DNA from: an uncultured Verrucomicrobiota bacterium
GTDB lineage: Bacteria; Verrucomicrobiota; Kiritimatiellia; CAJWTS01
Direction: 5' to 3'
Length of the DNA: 64,000 bases
NCBI GenBank assembly: GCA_913047795.1
Contig: CAJWTS010000013.1
Coordinates: forward strand, 4,060 to 68,059
Part shown: in pieces, positions 1 to 12,487 of the stretch
Layout: each line of letters starts with the position of its first letter
Position numbering within the stretch: the first letter of the stretch is position 1
Translations under genes and position numbers: made by a program
Notes under the pieces: generated by a model
Told to the model about the DNA's origin: nothing
Seen by the model: the letters and a program-made list of their open reading frames with translations, nothing else
The model's database searches: none

Positions 1-2
1 AA

Positions 3-2081
3 TCGTGGGAAGCAAAGCCCCCCGATACGAAGAACCCGGCACCATTGGATCAAACGCCGCAACAGGTTGCGGACCCGCGACTCGCACAAGCGACACCGCC
101 CGCGACAGCGCAAGACGAATCGGCCGGAAACAGACCGACATCGCCTAACAACCCGCAGAATCAGATCAATAAGCCTTCCGATCCCGTAGCCGACGGCCAA
201 GGTCTGTCCCCGGAGAGCCAGAGCCCATCCCCGGAAGGCCCGTCCCAAGAAGGCCCGCAACTCGCGCAGGCGCAGGCGCCCGAAACATCCCAGGCCGAGT
301 CGGCCGGAAACAAACCATCATCTCCCAAGAACCCCCTAAATCAGATCAATAAGCCTTCCGATGCGGCGACTGACGGCCAGGGCCTGTCCCCAAGCGAGCC
401 AAGCGAGCGCGGCGGGGCAGAGAAGGCGACGGGTTCGCAGGAAATGGCACAAGCCTCCTCCGAAGGGACTCCGTCGGGCAAATCACCCGCAAGCCAGCCC
501 GGCGAGGGCAAGAGCGAGTCGGGCGCAAAACCCGGAAGCGGCGAATCAGGCAAGAAATCCGGGCAGTCATCGGAATCCGGCAGTCAATCCTCCGGCGAGT
601 CATCCTCCGAACAGCCCGCAGAATCTGGACCCGACAGCGAATCGGATAGTGGTACGCCTGCGGAATCGGGCCGCGAAGGATCAGCAGAGTCGCCGTCCCG
701 GATGGCGGGCGATACATCGCCGAGTTCACCAAAGAACCCCCTGAACCAGATCAACCGGCCGAGCGATCCGGCAGAAGACGGCCAGGGGCTGGGTCTCGAA
801 TCCCCGTCCGACTCAGCGCAAGGCGACCAGATGGCGTCTTCAAGCCCACAGAACCCGTCACAACCCGCGGGTTCCGAACAGTCAGGACAGTCGCCAGGCA
901 AACCGTCCGGCGAGGGCAAACCGTCCGGCGAGGGCAAACCGTCCGGCCAGGGCAAACCATCCGGCCAAGGCGAGCCATCCGGACAGGGCGAGCCATCCGG
1001 ACAGGGCGAGCCATCCGGACAGGGTGAGCCATCCGGACAGGGCAAGCCATCCGGGAAGGGCAAACCATCCGGCCAGGGCCAACCCTCGCAAACAGCTTCC
1101 AGTGGTCAGCCCACGCAGCCGGGCCAACAGGGCGCCCCGTCCGGCCAGGGTCAGGCAGCGGGCAAACAGGCGCAAGGCCAGGCAACGGGGCCACAGGGCG
1201 CGCCGCAACAAGCCGGGGCGGCCAACAGCGCCGATGGCCAACAGCCGAATCAACCTCCGTCGATGTCTCCCGCCGAGGCCGCCCGTGTAGGCGAGTTTGC
1301 ACGTGAAACCGCGATGCTGGCGACGCGCCAGAAGCAGATCGCGGAAGAATTGGATGCGCTGGCCGCCGGGGATGCCGAGAGGCTCGTGACTCGCCAACGC
1401 GAACATCTCGCCGAGCGCGCGGGTGATCTCGCCCACGAGGCAGCGACCTTGATGGATTCCGCGGCTGACCTGATTCCGAACCGCCCGGCGGCGCGCCAGG
1501 CGGCGCAGACCGCGGCGAACAAGCTGCAGCAGGCGCAGGATGCTGTTGCACCGGCCCCTTCCGCCGACGGGACGACACCCGCTCCACAAAACGCGCAGCC
1601 ACAACTCGACGCCGCCGCGAATTCATTGGAGCAACTCGCCAACCAGATGCAACCCCCGGGGCCCACCGGACCCGATCGTGCAACTCCCTGGACGGATGCC
1701 TACGCAGCAGCGAATCTCGCAGACGATGGCGGCAACGTTTCGCTGGCGAACCAGGCGGCGAATCAGGCGGCGAACAGTCTGGCGCAGGCCGCGCAGCAGG
1801 CCGCGCAGCAGGCCAAAAGCATGAACGTGAATGCCGGTGTCGGCGGGAGCGGGAGCGGGGGCGGGGGCTTCGGTACCTCGCCAGATATTGAGGAAGAGGA
1901 GTTGAGGAAGATCGGAATCGCACGCGCGGATTGGCTGCGACTGCCCGGTGAATTGCGCGACGAAATTCTCCAGGCCGCGGCCGACGAGGGCCCGGAGGAG
2001 TACCGTCCTCTGATTCGAAGATACTTCCGCGATGTCGCAATGAAAGGACGCCGCACGCCGCGGCGGAGCAAAAGACCATGA
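3..2081 (+). CDS. 5'-partial large low-complexity/coiled-coil protein (DUF4175-like, PVC MoxR/vWA-type operon member)
   Basis: Frame is open from base 3, so the gene starts upstream of the window. It is S/P/G/Q-rich and ends in WLRLPGELRDEILQ...PEEYRPLIRRYF, a C-terminus typical of these PVC proteins. Overlaps the next gene by ATGA. Confidence 0.75.
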   Translation, partial: SWEAKPPDTKNPAPLDQTPQQVADPRLAQATPPATAQDESAGNRPTSPNNPQNQINKPSDPVADGQGLSPESQSPSPEGPSQEGPQLAQAQAPETSQAESAGNKPSSPKNPLNQINKPSDAATDGQGLSPSEPSERGGAEKATGSQEMAQASSEGTPSGKSPASQPGEGKSESGAKPGSGESGKKSGQSSESGSQSSGESSSEQPAESGPDSESDSGTPAESGREGSAESPSRMAGDTSPSSPKNPLNQINRPSDPAEDGQGLGLESPSDSAQGDQMASSSPQNPSQPAGSEQSGQSPGKPSGEGKPSGEGKPSGQGKPSGQGEPSGQGEPSGQGEPSGQGEPSGQGKPSGKGKPSGQGQPSQTASSGQPTQPGQQGAPSGQGQAAGKQAQGQATGPQGAPQQAGAANSADGQQPNQPPSMSPAEAARVGEFARETAMLATRQKQIAEELDALAAGDAERLVTRQREHLAERAGDLAHEAATLMDSAADLIPNRPAARQAAQTAANKLQQAQDAVAPAPSADGTTPAPQNAQPQLDAAANSLEQLANQMQPPGPTGPDRATPWTDAYAAANLADDGGNVSLANQAANQAANSLAQAAQQAAQQAKSMNVNAGVGGSGSGGGGFGTSPDIEEEELRKIGIARADWLRLPGELRDEILQAAADEGPEEYRPLIRRYFRDVAMKGRRTPRRSKRP
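117..790 (+). repeat. Three dispersed ~95-bp intragenic repeats encoding (S/T)SPxNPxNQIN(K/R)PSDxxxDGQGL
   Basis: Copies at ~117-211, ~297-391 and ~711-790. Copies 1 and 2 share aatcagatcaataagccttccgat. Confidence 0.85.
897..1088 (+). repeat. 18-bp tandem repeat, about 10.5 units, encoding G(K/E)PSG(E/Q/K)
   Basis: ggcaaaccgtccggcgag / ggcgagccatccggacag units read directly from the sequence. Confidence 0.95.
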
Positions 2082-3094
2082 AGCAACCTGGTTTCATTAT
2101 TAGATGGTCCGTGCTGGCGGCCATGTTCACGCAGCTAGCCCTCGGCGATGAGATGGCGGAAGTCGATCTGCGTTACGGCAGCGCCCTGGACGAGGCCACC
2201 GAGCGGGGCCTCGCATACCTGGTCGGCGTGCAGAAGAAGAACGGCTCCTTCGGCTCGAGTCACCCAGCCACCGTGGCATCGCTCTGCGTAATGGCGTTCA
2301 TGGCCAAGGGACACAGTCCCGGGCTGGGGCCCTACGGCGAGCAGATTCTCAAGGGAATCGACTACGTACTTGAGTCCCAACTCAAAAACGGAATGGTGGC
2401 GCCGGACGGGAACATGTACGGACACAATATCGCCACACTCATGCTTTCGCAGCTATCGGGAATGGTCGATCCGGAGCGTCAGAAACGGGTCGACGACGTA
2501 CTGAGCAAGGCACTCAAGCTGACCCTTACCGCCCAACAGGTCAAGAAGTCCGCCGCTAACCAGGGCGGCTGGCGTTACGCGCCGACAAGCACGGACAGCG
2601 ATTTCTCTCTCTCCGGATGGGCTTTCATGGCCCTGCGGTCGGCACGCAACGCGGGTGCGGGCGTGCCAAAGGAAGCGATTGATGAGGGCGTAAAATTCAT
2701 CATGAACTGCAATAGCTCCGGCGGGTTTGGCTACACCCCGGGGAGCGGTCCGGGTCTCGCACGCACCGGCATCGGTCTCTTGTGTCTCGAATTGGTGGGG
2801 CAACATCGCACCGAGGTCACGCTTGCCGCCGGCGACTACATTAAGAGGCATGGCGCGAACTATGGCGGCTCTTCTCTCTACTACACCCTTTATTATTGTT
2901 CGCAGGGTATGTTTCAACTTGGCGACAAATACTGGGAAGACTACGCCGGGCCGCTCTACGACTTTATTCTGAGGCGCCAGACCGGGAACGGCTCGTTTCA
3001 ACGCGGAAGCGTCGCGGATGTGTCCTACGCCACGGCACTGGCGATTCTTGCACTCAGCCCCTCCTACCGGCAACTCCCGATCTACCAGCGATAG
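2078..3094 (+). CDS. Prenyltransferase/squalene-oxidase repeat (alpha/alpha toroid) protein, secreted
   Basis: QxxxG(S/G)(F/W) repeats (QKKNGSF, QGGWRY, QTGNGSF), ALRSARNAG, C-terminal LPIYQR, N-terminal signal-like segment. Confidence 0.85.
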   Translation: MKQPGFIIRWSVLAAMFTQLALGDEMAEVDLRYGSALDEATERGLAYLVGVQKKNGSFGSSHPATVASLCVMAFMAKGHSPGLGPYGEQILKGIDYVLESQLKNGMVAPDGNMYGHNIATLMLSQLSGMVDPERQKRVDDVLSKALKLTLTAQQVKKSAANQGGWRYAPTSTDSDFSLSGWAFMALRSARNAGAGVPKEAIDEGVKFIMNCNSSGGFGYTPGSGPGLARTGIGLLCLELVGQHRTEVTLAAGDYIKRHGANYGGSSLYYTLYYCSQGMFQLGDKYWEDYAGPLYDFILRRQTGNGSFQRGSVADVSYATALAILALSPSYRQLPIYQR

Positions 3095-3215
3095 CAGCAT
3101 CTGCGGGCTGCTTGCGGATTCTAACCCTTGCCCGAGGCCCGGCCGACAGGTAGATTGGTTGCTGGATCCGTAACGTCGTTAAACACGGCCTCCGACATCA
3201 TCCGATGGATACCCT

Positions 3216-3611
3216 ATGAGTGACGCGCAAGAACCCGACGCCGACGCCTCGAAAGGTTCTGCAGTGCTTCGCGTCGCCGACTTTGGCGAAAAAGCACAGA
3301 CATTCCTCTTCGGCTGCGCCCTTTGGCTCGGTTCGGCAGATAAATCGTTGAGCGTCGGAGAACAGCGCTGGTTGCGCGCGGAGTTTGGCAATGCCTATGC
3401 GAGTCTACTGCACGCAAGCCTGAAATTTCAGGGCAAGGCGTTGCCGCCCTACGTGAACAAGTGTTTCGCGGCTCTGGACGACAGCGAACGCGAGGCCCTT
3501 CTCCCGAAACTCACGCCCTGGCTGCAGGCCCTTGCGCTATCCGACGGCGTCTTCGCCGACGAAGAGCGCAACGTACTGGACCAGATCTTGAAGCAGCTTC
3601 AAGCGCCGTAG
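3216..3611 (+). CDS. TerB-like small protein
   Basis: Paired motifs ADKSLSVGEQRWL and LALSDGVFADEERNVL resemble the TerB ADGxxxxxE repeats. Confidence 0.55.
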   Translation: MSDAQEPDADASKGSAVLRVADFGEKAQTFLFGCALWLGSADKSLSVGEQRWLRAEFGNAYASLLHASLKFQGKALPPYVNKCFAALDDSEREALLPKLTPWLQALALSDGVFADEERNVLDQILKQLQAP

Positions 3612-3628
3612 TCCCTCAGGCCCCGAGC

Positions 3629-3795
3629 ATGCGCTCGGCTCCGCAGGAGAACCAGACGCCTGATCATCGCCGCCCTTGTGGGCACGGCCTTCGCCGACGC
3701 GGCCACATGGTCATGGATCGTGGTCTATGACAATTACCATAACGTCGTTCCGAAAGAACTTTACCGCTCAGGCCAGGTCAGTGCCGCCGAGAAGG
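3629..3795 (+). pseudogene. Fragment resembling the N-terminus of a dual-specificity/tyrosine phosphatase
   Basis: TM segment followed by DNYHNVVPKELYRSGQ (cf. NFHxVxPGxLYRSGQ). The nearby ATG at 3629 is out of frame and no HCxxGxxR catalytic loop follows. Confidence 0.5.
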
Positions 3796-4013
3796 ATGCG
3801 TGTCGTCGCTCCGACGATTCGATCGTGCGTTTGAGGCGTACCTGCACCTCAAGGCGCACACATCTACCGAAGGGACGCCCACGCCGGGCCAGACCGGACG
3901 AACGACGCACCATAGCCCGCCATATGGTGGCGCAGGTGATTGCGAATAACGAAAAGGCCATGTATCATGGCGCCTTTGATAGACTTATAGCCAAATACAT
4001 CAGGAGACCCTGT

Positions 4014-4277
4014 ATGATCTTTCATGTCACTTACGAGTACGGGCCCGAGGATCGCGACGACGCACAAGCGCGATTCAAAGCAACCGGGGCCCTGCCGCCA
4101 GACGGCGTCAGGATGCTTGGACGATGGCACAGCGCCGAAGGTCATGCCGGATACACGGTTGCCGAAGCCGACAGCGCCACCGCAATCGCGAAATGGATCC
4201 AGCAGTGGAGCGACCTGCTTTCGTTCGAAATCGTGCCCGTTCTTTCGGACGAAGAGATGGACGAAGTTATCGGATGA
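4014..4277 (+). CDS. DUF3303 family protein
   Basis: RBS caggag then ATG at 4014. Motifs RFKATGALPPDGVRMLGRWH and WSDLLSFEIVPV. Confidence 0.85.
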   Translation: MIFHVTYEYGPEDRDDAQARFKATGALPPDGVRMLGRWHSAEGHAGYTVAEADSATAIAKWIQQWSDLLSFEIVPVLSDEEMDEVIG

Positions 4278-4337
4278 GCCTTTCTGTTTTTACTCGTCGC
4301 CCTGGTACACTTGAAACCGCAATCTGATGGATAAGTA

Positions 4338-5684
4338 ATGAATCGCCCCATACACGCATTCACATTGGCCACCCTGTTCCTTTCGGTAACGGCGGTCAAA
4401 GCCGCGGAGTTCTCGCTCCAAAACTCGCGCCAGACCTATGCCACGCAGCTGGAAAAGATCGAGACCTCGTTCATCGCCACCCGCGCGGACTGGGGCGAAC
4501 GCTATGCGGCGCGGCTGAGGGCGATCGAGAAGCAGGTGCAGGCCGCGGGCGAACTAGACAAGTTGCTGGCGGTCCGCGACGAGATTCGCCGCTTCGCCGA
4601 TTCGCGGACGCTGTCCGGAATCAACGAGGAGAAGCTTCTGCAGGACATTGTCGAGCTTCGTAGCGACTTCAAGGATTCCGATACACGATCGCGTCAATCG
4701 TGGGGGGAAGACGTCATGCGCCTGACGATGAAGTACGTTCAGTTTCTCGAGTCCCAAAAGAAGCGCCTGACGCAAGAAGGCGACATCGATACGGCGATCA
4801 TGGTCAACAAGGAAATCCAGCGTGTGCAAACGCTCGGCATTGTTAAGGAGGCGCAATCGATAACCAAGAGCGCTACACCAAAAAAACAGCCCGGACCAGG
4901 AAGCACCGCGGGTACGCCTGCCGAGCATGCCCTGTCTGCACGACTGAAGACGATTCGAGTGGAAGAACTCCAGCTCGACCCCTATCATCCAAGCTCCATG
5001 TTCGAGGTCCTGCATCGAACGCTGCGGGCGAGCGGCATCGACTTGAAATCCGTCACGAAACGCATGCAGGTGCGCCACGTCACGGTTCGCGGCAACGGCC
5101 CCGATGATCGCAAACACAACACCGTTCGCGTCATGGGAGACCGGTTCCCCTACCAGGGACGTCCGAAGCGCGTGCTGCAGAACGTGTCAGTGCTCGAGGC
5201 GCTAACTGAAATCAGCCGCACCTTCGCGATCGGCTACAAACTGGAACCGCGGGCCGTCGTGCTCGTCGATGCCGGCACCGAAGGCTCGACCTGGCACGCA
5301 CTCGAGATCAGCCTCCCGGCCCTGACCGCAGCTTTCAAGTCGAATTCCGCCAACGCAAAATCGATGTACATCGGGAAAGAAATTCACATTACCGGCGTTT
5401 ACAAACGCTCCGGTAAGTCCTCTTTCGTACTGGAAGGCGGCAAGATTCGCGCCGAATTCGACACGAAACAGGTGAATCCATCGACGTTGGCGAAGGTGCG
5501 CGAGATCGGCGACCGAACGCGACCGTCGATCAAGATGCGCGGACCTACACGCCTCAGAAACTCCCGCCCGGCCGCCCGGCAACGCCTGCGCGTCTGGTGC
5601 GCCGGCGAACTCAAGTCATTCGGCGGCGTGTCCGAGTCATTGGTCATTACGCGTTGTCGCGACGTCGCCTGGCGCTACGAATAA
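4338..5684 (+). CDS. Secreted hypothetical protein: coiled coil, STN-like segment and OB-fold (tRNA_anti-like) C-terminus
   Basis: Signal peptide (AVKA/A), helical N-half, NVSVLEALTEISRTFAIGYKL, and NSANAKSMYIGKEIHITG. Confidence 0.6.
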   Translation: MNRPIHAFTLATLFLSVTAVKAAEFSLQNSRQTYATQLEKIETSFIATRADWGERYAARLRAIEKQVQAAGELDKLLAVRDEIRRFADSRTLSGINEEKLLQDIVELRSDFKDSDTRSRQSWGEDVMRLTMKYVQFLESQKKRLTQEGDIDTAIMVNKEIQRVQTLGIVKEAQSITKSATPKKQPGPGSTAGTPAEHALSARLKTIRVEELQLDPYHPSSMFEVLHRTLRASGIDLKSVTKRMQVRHVTVRGNGPDDRKHNTVRVMGDRFPYQGRPKRVLQNVSVLEALTEISRTFAIGYKLEPRAVVLVDAGTEGSTWHALEISLPALTAAFKSNSANAKSMYIGKEIHITGVYKRSGKSSFVLEGGKIRAEFDTKQVNPSTLAKVREIGDRTRPSIKMRGPTRLRNSRPAARQRLRVWCAGELKSFGGVSESLVITRCRDVAWRYE

Positions 5685-5834
5685 ACAACACGCCCTGCAG
5701 CATACGCGCCGGGATTCGGGGCGCCAAACCGTGTCCCGCCGCCCGGCAGGAACCATCCCCCAGAACAGAAGGTCCGGGATGCTCTTACGACCCTGGATCG
5801 GCATACCCAATCCGATCCAGCCGTCGATCAGTCA

Positions 5835-6917
5835 TCAACCCTGGCGAAAGCCGTGTACGGTCTCGACAAACGCCTTTGCCGCAGCTGGTGTCGTCTGGGG
5901 CAATACACCGTGCCCGAGATTAACGATCCAGCCCGCCGGCAGGGTCGCTCCGTCGGCCGCACCAAGTTCGGCGGCACGCTCCTTCAAGAACGCTGCACAA
6001 CGCTTAGCCACCTCGGCCGGATCGGCCAGGAGCTGTTCCGGTGGAAAGTTTCCCTGCAGAACCGGCCGCGTTCCCGCGCGCGCAAGCGCAAGGGCTGCCG
6101 CATCAAACCGGACATCCGCATCCAGCGAATAGGCGGTTAGATCCAGATCCGCGATCAAGTCGAAGATGGTATGTAACCCGCGACCAAAGAGGATCAGCGG
6201 CGTCTCGGGGCAGGCCGCGCGAACCTGTCGCACGACGGTGCGCAGGGCAGGCAGCGCGAGGTCCGCGTAGTCATCATGGCTCAGTATATCCGCGTGCGAT
6301 TCAAAAAGTTGCAGTAGATCGGCGTGGCGCGATTGCTGGATGAGGTACCCGGCCAGCACGGGTGCCACGCGATCGAGCAACGCGCGCACGACCTCGCGAC
6401 GGTCGGCAAGCATGGCGCCAAGATGCGAACGCGTCTTGGACATGGCGCCCTCGATTCCGTAGGTGGCCAGCGTAAACGGTGCGCCGGCAAAGCCAATCAC
6501 GGCGCGCTCATCCGCGCATTGTTCGCGCAGCCGTGCCAGCGTGCGGACCACGACGATCTGCTCGTCGAAGGAGGGCGGCGCGAGCCGTTCGACATCTTGC
6601 ATCGTGCGAACGGGCGGGTCGATGATCGGTCCCTGGCCGTCCACAAAGTCCACGCGACAGCCCATCATTTCGTAAGGGATCAGGATGTCGTGAAAGACGA
6701 TGGCGGCGTCGACATCCAGCGCGTGAACCGGCTCCATGCTGATTTCGGCGGACAGGTCCACGGATCCGACCAGTTCCATAAACGAGTGTTTGCGTCGGAG
6801 GGCCTGGTAGCCCGGCAGGTATCGTCCCGCCTGGCGCATCATCCAGACCGGAAGCCGATCGACGGGTGCATGCGCCAGGGCGGCGAGCATTCGTTCGCGT
6901 CCGGTCATGCGCGACAT
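5835..6917 (-). CDS. hemE: Uroporphyrinogen decarboxylase
   Basis: PVWMMRQAGRYLP, DAAIVFHDIL, GFAGAPFTLATY, LQGN, NLGHG. Start re-called at MSRMTG. Confidence 0.9.
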   Translation of the reverse strand: MSRMTGRERMLAALAHAPVDRLPVWMMRQAGRYLPGYQALRRKHSFMELVGSVDLSAEISMEPVHALDVDAAIVFHDILIPYEMMGCRVDFVDGQGPIIDPPVRTMQDVERLAPPSFDEQIVVVRTLARLREQCADERAVIGFAGAPFTLATYGIEGAMSKTRSHLGAMLADRREVVRALLDRVAPVLAGYLIQQSRHADLLQLFESHADILSHDDYADLALPALRTVVRQVRAACPETPLILFGRGLHTIFDLIADLDLTAYSLDADVRFDAAALALARAGTRPVLQGNFPPEQLLADPAEVAKRCAAFLKERAAELGAADGATLPAGWIVNLGHGVLPQTTPAAAKAFVETVHGFRQG

Positions 6918-6921
6918 TCCA

Positions 6922-8313
6922 TTACGACGGCGGCATCGACCCGAAGAACGTGTAGTACGGCGCGTCGCGCGCGACGCGCTGAACGTATAACGCCGCCTCG
7001 CGGGCGTGGTAATCGCCCCACATGCTGGATTCACCATTGGGCACCTGCGCCCCGGCGGGCACGTGGTCCCATCCATTGGGGCGATGATAGACCGAGTGCA
7101 GGATCAGGCCCTGGTGCTGCGGGTCTTCGCATAAATAGGGCTCTTCGAGCAGTGTCGCCAGCACGGTCAGGCCGGCCTGCCAGTAGCGATCGCCGTCGTC
7201 GGGTTCGCCGTACGCGCGCAGGTAGTGCCCCAGTCGCAACAGGCCCTGGCAGCCGATGGCGGCGGCCGAACTATCGACCGGCTCATGGTCATTAAACGGA
7301 TCGGCCGGGCGAGCCAGGTAATCGCCCATCTCTACAAGGCCCGGTGCACCGGTATCCCAATACGGAATGCCGTCGAGCGGTGTGTTTTCTATATAGAAGT
7401 CACAGCTGGCCCGCGCCGCACGCAGCATCATCTCCGTAACGGCTGAACGGCCACCAAGTTCTGAAAACGCATCGTCGTCCAGTGTCTCCAGAAACTCGAG
7501 CTGTTCCGGGTAGCCAACCATGATCCAGGCCAGGCCACGCGTCCAGGTCGTGAAGCCGGTGTAGCCCTGCTGGGAATTTGGGCAGCGATAATTGCCGTCA
7601 TTCGTATTAAAGACGCTCTCGTGCGCCACGCGGCCGGGTACATCGTAGAGGTCCCGGCCCTCGCCGTAGTAAACAGCGTATTCGGCTGTCGCCCGCGCAT
7701 GCTCGACCATCCGCTGCAATAGGGACACGCGCTCGTCCTGCTCATCCATCAGGACATGCCCCAGGCGATGCGCCATGGACAGCGCGCGCAGAGAGCGGAT
7801 CGTGTCGGCGAAGAGCGAATGCGGGCCGTTGAATGAATAGATGAAGCCGCCTCCGCCGGCGATAGGGGTCCAGCGCCGGGCCTGCACGGCCCCGCTACAC
7901 TTGAGCGCCAACTCATAGAAATCAATTTCGCCCTGCCCGTTTGTCGCAAATCGGCCCTCGTGCGCCAGACGCAACAGATTCCCGTACGTGCTTACATTAT
8001 TAAAACCGTGGTCGTGTACGCCCATGTGGGTGACGTGGGGGGCCATCACCGACAGGGTGCGATCACGCCCGAGCACAAGAAAGGCGTCGTCGTCCGTCGC
8101 ATCGAACTGCAAAATCGCGGATCCATATTGGAAACCCTGCGTCCATTCGGTCCAACCCTTGGCCTGGTACAGGCCACCGACCGTAAAGACCGGGGAGGCC
8201 GCACCCGGCGGGCAGGATTCCTCGACCGATCGCACACAGTCCGCCGATACCGCCCAGAGCTTTTCGATCTTACCCTCGAGATCCGCTGCGGTAATCTCAC
8301 TGTTAATCTTCAT
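6922..8313 (-). CDS. Glycoside hydrolase family 88 (unsaturated glucuronyl hydrolase-like)
   Basis: WTQGF, HDHGF, WTRGLAW, PYWD, DSSAAAI and WGDYH motifs. Confidence 0.8.
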   Translation of the reverse strand: MKINSEITAADLEGKIEKLWAVSADCVRSVEESCPPGAASPVFTVGGLYQAKGWTEWTQGFQYGSAILQFDATDDDAFLVLGRDRTLSVMAPHVTHMGVHDHGFNNVSTYGNLLRLAHEGRFATNGQGEIDFYELALKCSGAVQARRWTPIAGGGGFIYSFNGPHSLFADTIRSLRALSMAHRLGHVLMDEQDERVSLLQRMVEHARATAEYAVYYGEGRDLYDVPGRVAHESVFNTNDGNYRCPNSQQGYTGFTTWTRGLAWIMVGYPEQLEFLETLDDDAFSELGGRSAVTEMMLRAARASCDFYIENTPLDGIPYWDTGAPGLVEMGDYLARPADPFNDHEPVDSSAAAIGCQGLLRLGHYLRAYGEPDDGDRYWQAGLTVLATLLEEPYLCEDPQHQGLILHSVYHRPNGWDHVPAGAQVPNGESSMWGDYHAREAALYVQRVARDAPYYTFFGSMPPS

Positions 8314-8445
8314 TTCAAAGGTATTCTTTCGTGATCCGTCTTGCCGCCGGGTGCCCCACTAGCGCTGACCGGGGAGGCCTGACAACCAACATCGAGGGCG
8401 AATTCTAGGTAACGCAGGGGACCATTGCAAGCGGACCTGTTCTAA

Positions 8446-10341
<1,896 letters not shown>

Positions 10342-10372
10342 CGGGCTCGGCCCACCGCGAGAAGAAATCACC

Positions 10373-11533
10373 GTGGCCTTCGATCGATCATTTTATTTAA
10401 ACCTCACGGAATCCGGCATAGCGGGCGACGCCCCTGACGCCGATACCTGTGTGCAGCTGCTGCAATCGCCCGAGATCGAATTGTTGCCGCTGCTGGACGC
10501 AGCCTTTCAGGTCCGCCGCCACTTTCACGGTCACGAGGTCGCGGTCCACATCCTGAATAACGCGCAGAACGGCCATTGCCCGGAGGACTGCCACTATTGC
10601 GCCCAGGCCCGCACATCGAAAGCGGATATCGAACCCTACGGACTGAAGAGCGACGACGAAGTGCTTGAAGAGGCGCGCGTCGCTTACGAATCAGGGGCCT
10701 ATCGTTACTGCATGGTGTTCGCGGGCCGCGGCCCCTCCAAGCAGCGCCTCGAGCGGCTGGCGCGTCAGGTGCGCAAGATCAAGCAGAACTATCCCCTGCA
10801 GATATGCGTTTCGCCGGGTTTGATGGACGATGAAGGCACCTCCATTCTCAAGGACGCGGGTGTCGACCGTCTGAATCACAACCTGAACACCTCCGAGCGC
10901 CATTATCCGAAGATCTGCACAACCCATACCTACGCCGATCGCGTGCGCACACTCGAAGCTGCGAAACGATCAGGCCTGCAAATGTGTTCGGGCATCATCG
11001 TCGGCATGGGAGAAGCGGATGAGGACGTCGTGGATGTGGCCCGTACATTGCGGTCGCTCGAAGCCAGCTCGATCCCGGTCAATTTTCTCGTCCCGATTCC
11101 CGGCAACCAGCTCGAGCAGCCGGCGCGACTGTCGCCGACCTACTGTTTGCGCGTGCTGTGTATGTATCGCTTTGTTAACCCGCAGGCCGAACTACGCGCC
11201 GCGGCGGGTCGCGAAGGTCATCTGCGCAGCATGGAAGTGATGGCGCTTTATCCAGCCAACTCGTTGTTCCTGGACGGCTATCTCAATACACGCGGAGGCA
11301 GCCGTGAGCGCGTCCTGCAGATGATCAAGGACGCGGGGTTCGAGATCAAATCGTCGTTCAGCGTGGATGAGATGCTGGACCAGGAAGCGCAGCACGCGTC
11401 TTTCCAGGTCGATCCTGGCGATGGGCAGGGGTCGATCCTGAAGACGCTCGAAGAGTTGCGGCCGGCGAACCAGGCCTCCGATATCGCCACGGCGGATCAA
11501 TCGTCGGCTACGGCGCCAAGCGACCGAAAATAG
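10373..11533 (+). CDS. bioB: Biotin synthase (radical SAM)
   Basis: [39 protein letters not shown]. Confidence 0.9.
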   Translation: MAFDRSFYLNLTESGIAGDAPDADTCVQLLQSPEIELLPLLDAAFQVRRHFHGHEVAVHILNNAQNGHCPEDCHYCAQARTSKADIEPYGLKSDDEVLEEARVAYESGAYRYCMVFAGRGPSKQRLERLARQVRKIKQNYPLQICVSPGLMDDEGTSILKDAGVDRLNHNLNTSERHYPKICTTHTYADRVRTLEAAKRSGLQMCSGIIVGMGEADEDVVDVARTLRSLEASSIPVNFLVPIPGNQLEQPARLSPTYCLRVLCMYRFVNPQAELRAAAGREGHLRSMEVMALYPANSLFLDGYLNTRGGSRERVLQMIKDAGFEIKSSFSVDEMLDQEAQHASFQVDPGDGQGSILKTLEELRPANQASDIATADQSSATAPSDRK

Positions 11534-12456
11534 TCCATCGTTCGCTCAAGCCCCTCGCTGCGCGGCACCTGCGGCTCCCAGCCAAGCAACTCCCGGGCCC
11601 GCGAAATATCCGGTCGGCGCTGACGCGGATCGTCCACCGGCAGCGGCTTGAAGATGATGCGCGATTGGGAACCGGCCAACGCCACCACCTCCTCGGCGAA
11701 ATCCTTGATTGTCACTTCATCCGGATTCCCGATGTTAACCGGGTCGGAGCAGTCGCTTAGCAGCAGGCGATGAATACCTTCCATCAGATCGTCCACATAG
11801 CAGAACGACCGCGTCTGGCTTCCATCACCAAACACCGTGATGTCTTCGCCTTCAAGCGCCTGGCGGGCGAAGGCGGGCAAGGCGCGGCCGTCATTGAGGC
11901 GCATTCGCGGACCGTAGGTATTGAAGATGCGCACGATGCGGGTCTCGATATCATGTACGTTGTGGTAGGCCATGGTCAACGCCTCCTGAAATCGCTTGGC
12001 CTCGTCATACACACCGCGCGGACCAACGGGATTTACGTTGCCCCAGTAATCTTCCGTCTGCGGATGCTCAAGCGGATCGCCGTAGACCTCCGAGGTGGAA
12101 GCCACGAGAATGCGGGCGCGCTTGGACTTGGCGAACCCGAGCAGGTTGTGGGTGCCCAGTGAGCTGACTTTCAGGGTTTGAATCGGTAGTTGCAGGTAAT
12201 CGATCGGGCTTGCAGGAGAGGCGAAGTGGAGAATGTAATCGATCGGCCCGGGCACGTGCACAAAGGTCGATACGTCGTGGTGACAGAACTGAAAATTCGA
12301 CTGCGGCAAGAGGTGATCGATATTCGCAAGGTTGCCCGTCAGCAGGTTGTCGATCCCGATAACGTCATGCCCCTCTTCCACGAATCGATCGCAGAGATGT
12401 GAACCCAGGAACCCGGCTGCGCCGGTAACGACAATACGTTTCGAATCGGCACTCAT
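11497..12456 (-). CDS. UDP-glucuronate decarboxylase (UDP-xylose synthase), SDR epimerase family
   Basis: [50 protein letters not shown]. Confidence 0.9.
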   Translation of the reverse strand: MSADSKRIVVTGAAGFLGSHLCDRFVEEGHDVIGIDNLLTGNLANIDHLLPQSNFQFCHHDVSTFVHVPGPIDYILHFASPASPIDYLQLPIQTLKVSSLGTHNLLGFAKSKRARILVASTSEVYGDPLEHPQTEDYWGNVNPVGPRGVYDEAKRFQEALTMAYHNVHDIETRIVRIFNTYGPRMRLNDGRALPAFARQALEGEDITVFGDGSQTRSFCYVDDLMEGIHRLLLSDCSDPVNIGNPDEVTIKDFAEEVVALAGSQSRIIFKPLPVDDPRQRRPDISRARELLGWEPQVPRSEGLERTMDYFRSLGAVADD

Positions 12457-12487
12457 AGCGACTCCAATCGACGGGAGACAGGGCCGT

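Noticed and set aside
897-1088. CRISPR array
   Set aside because: Contiguous in-frame 18-bp coding repeats with no spacers and no cas genes.
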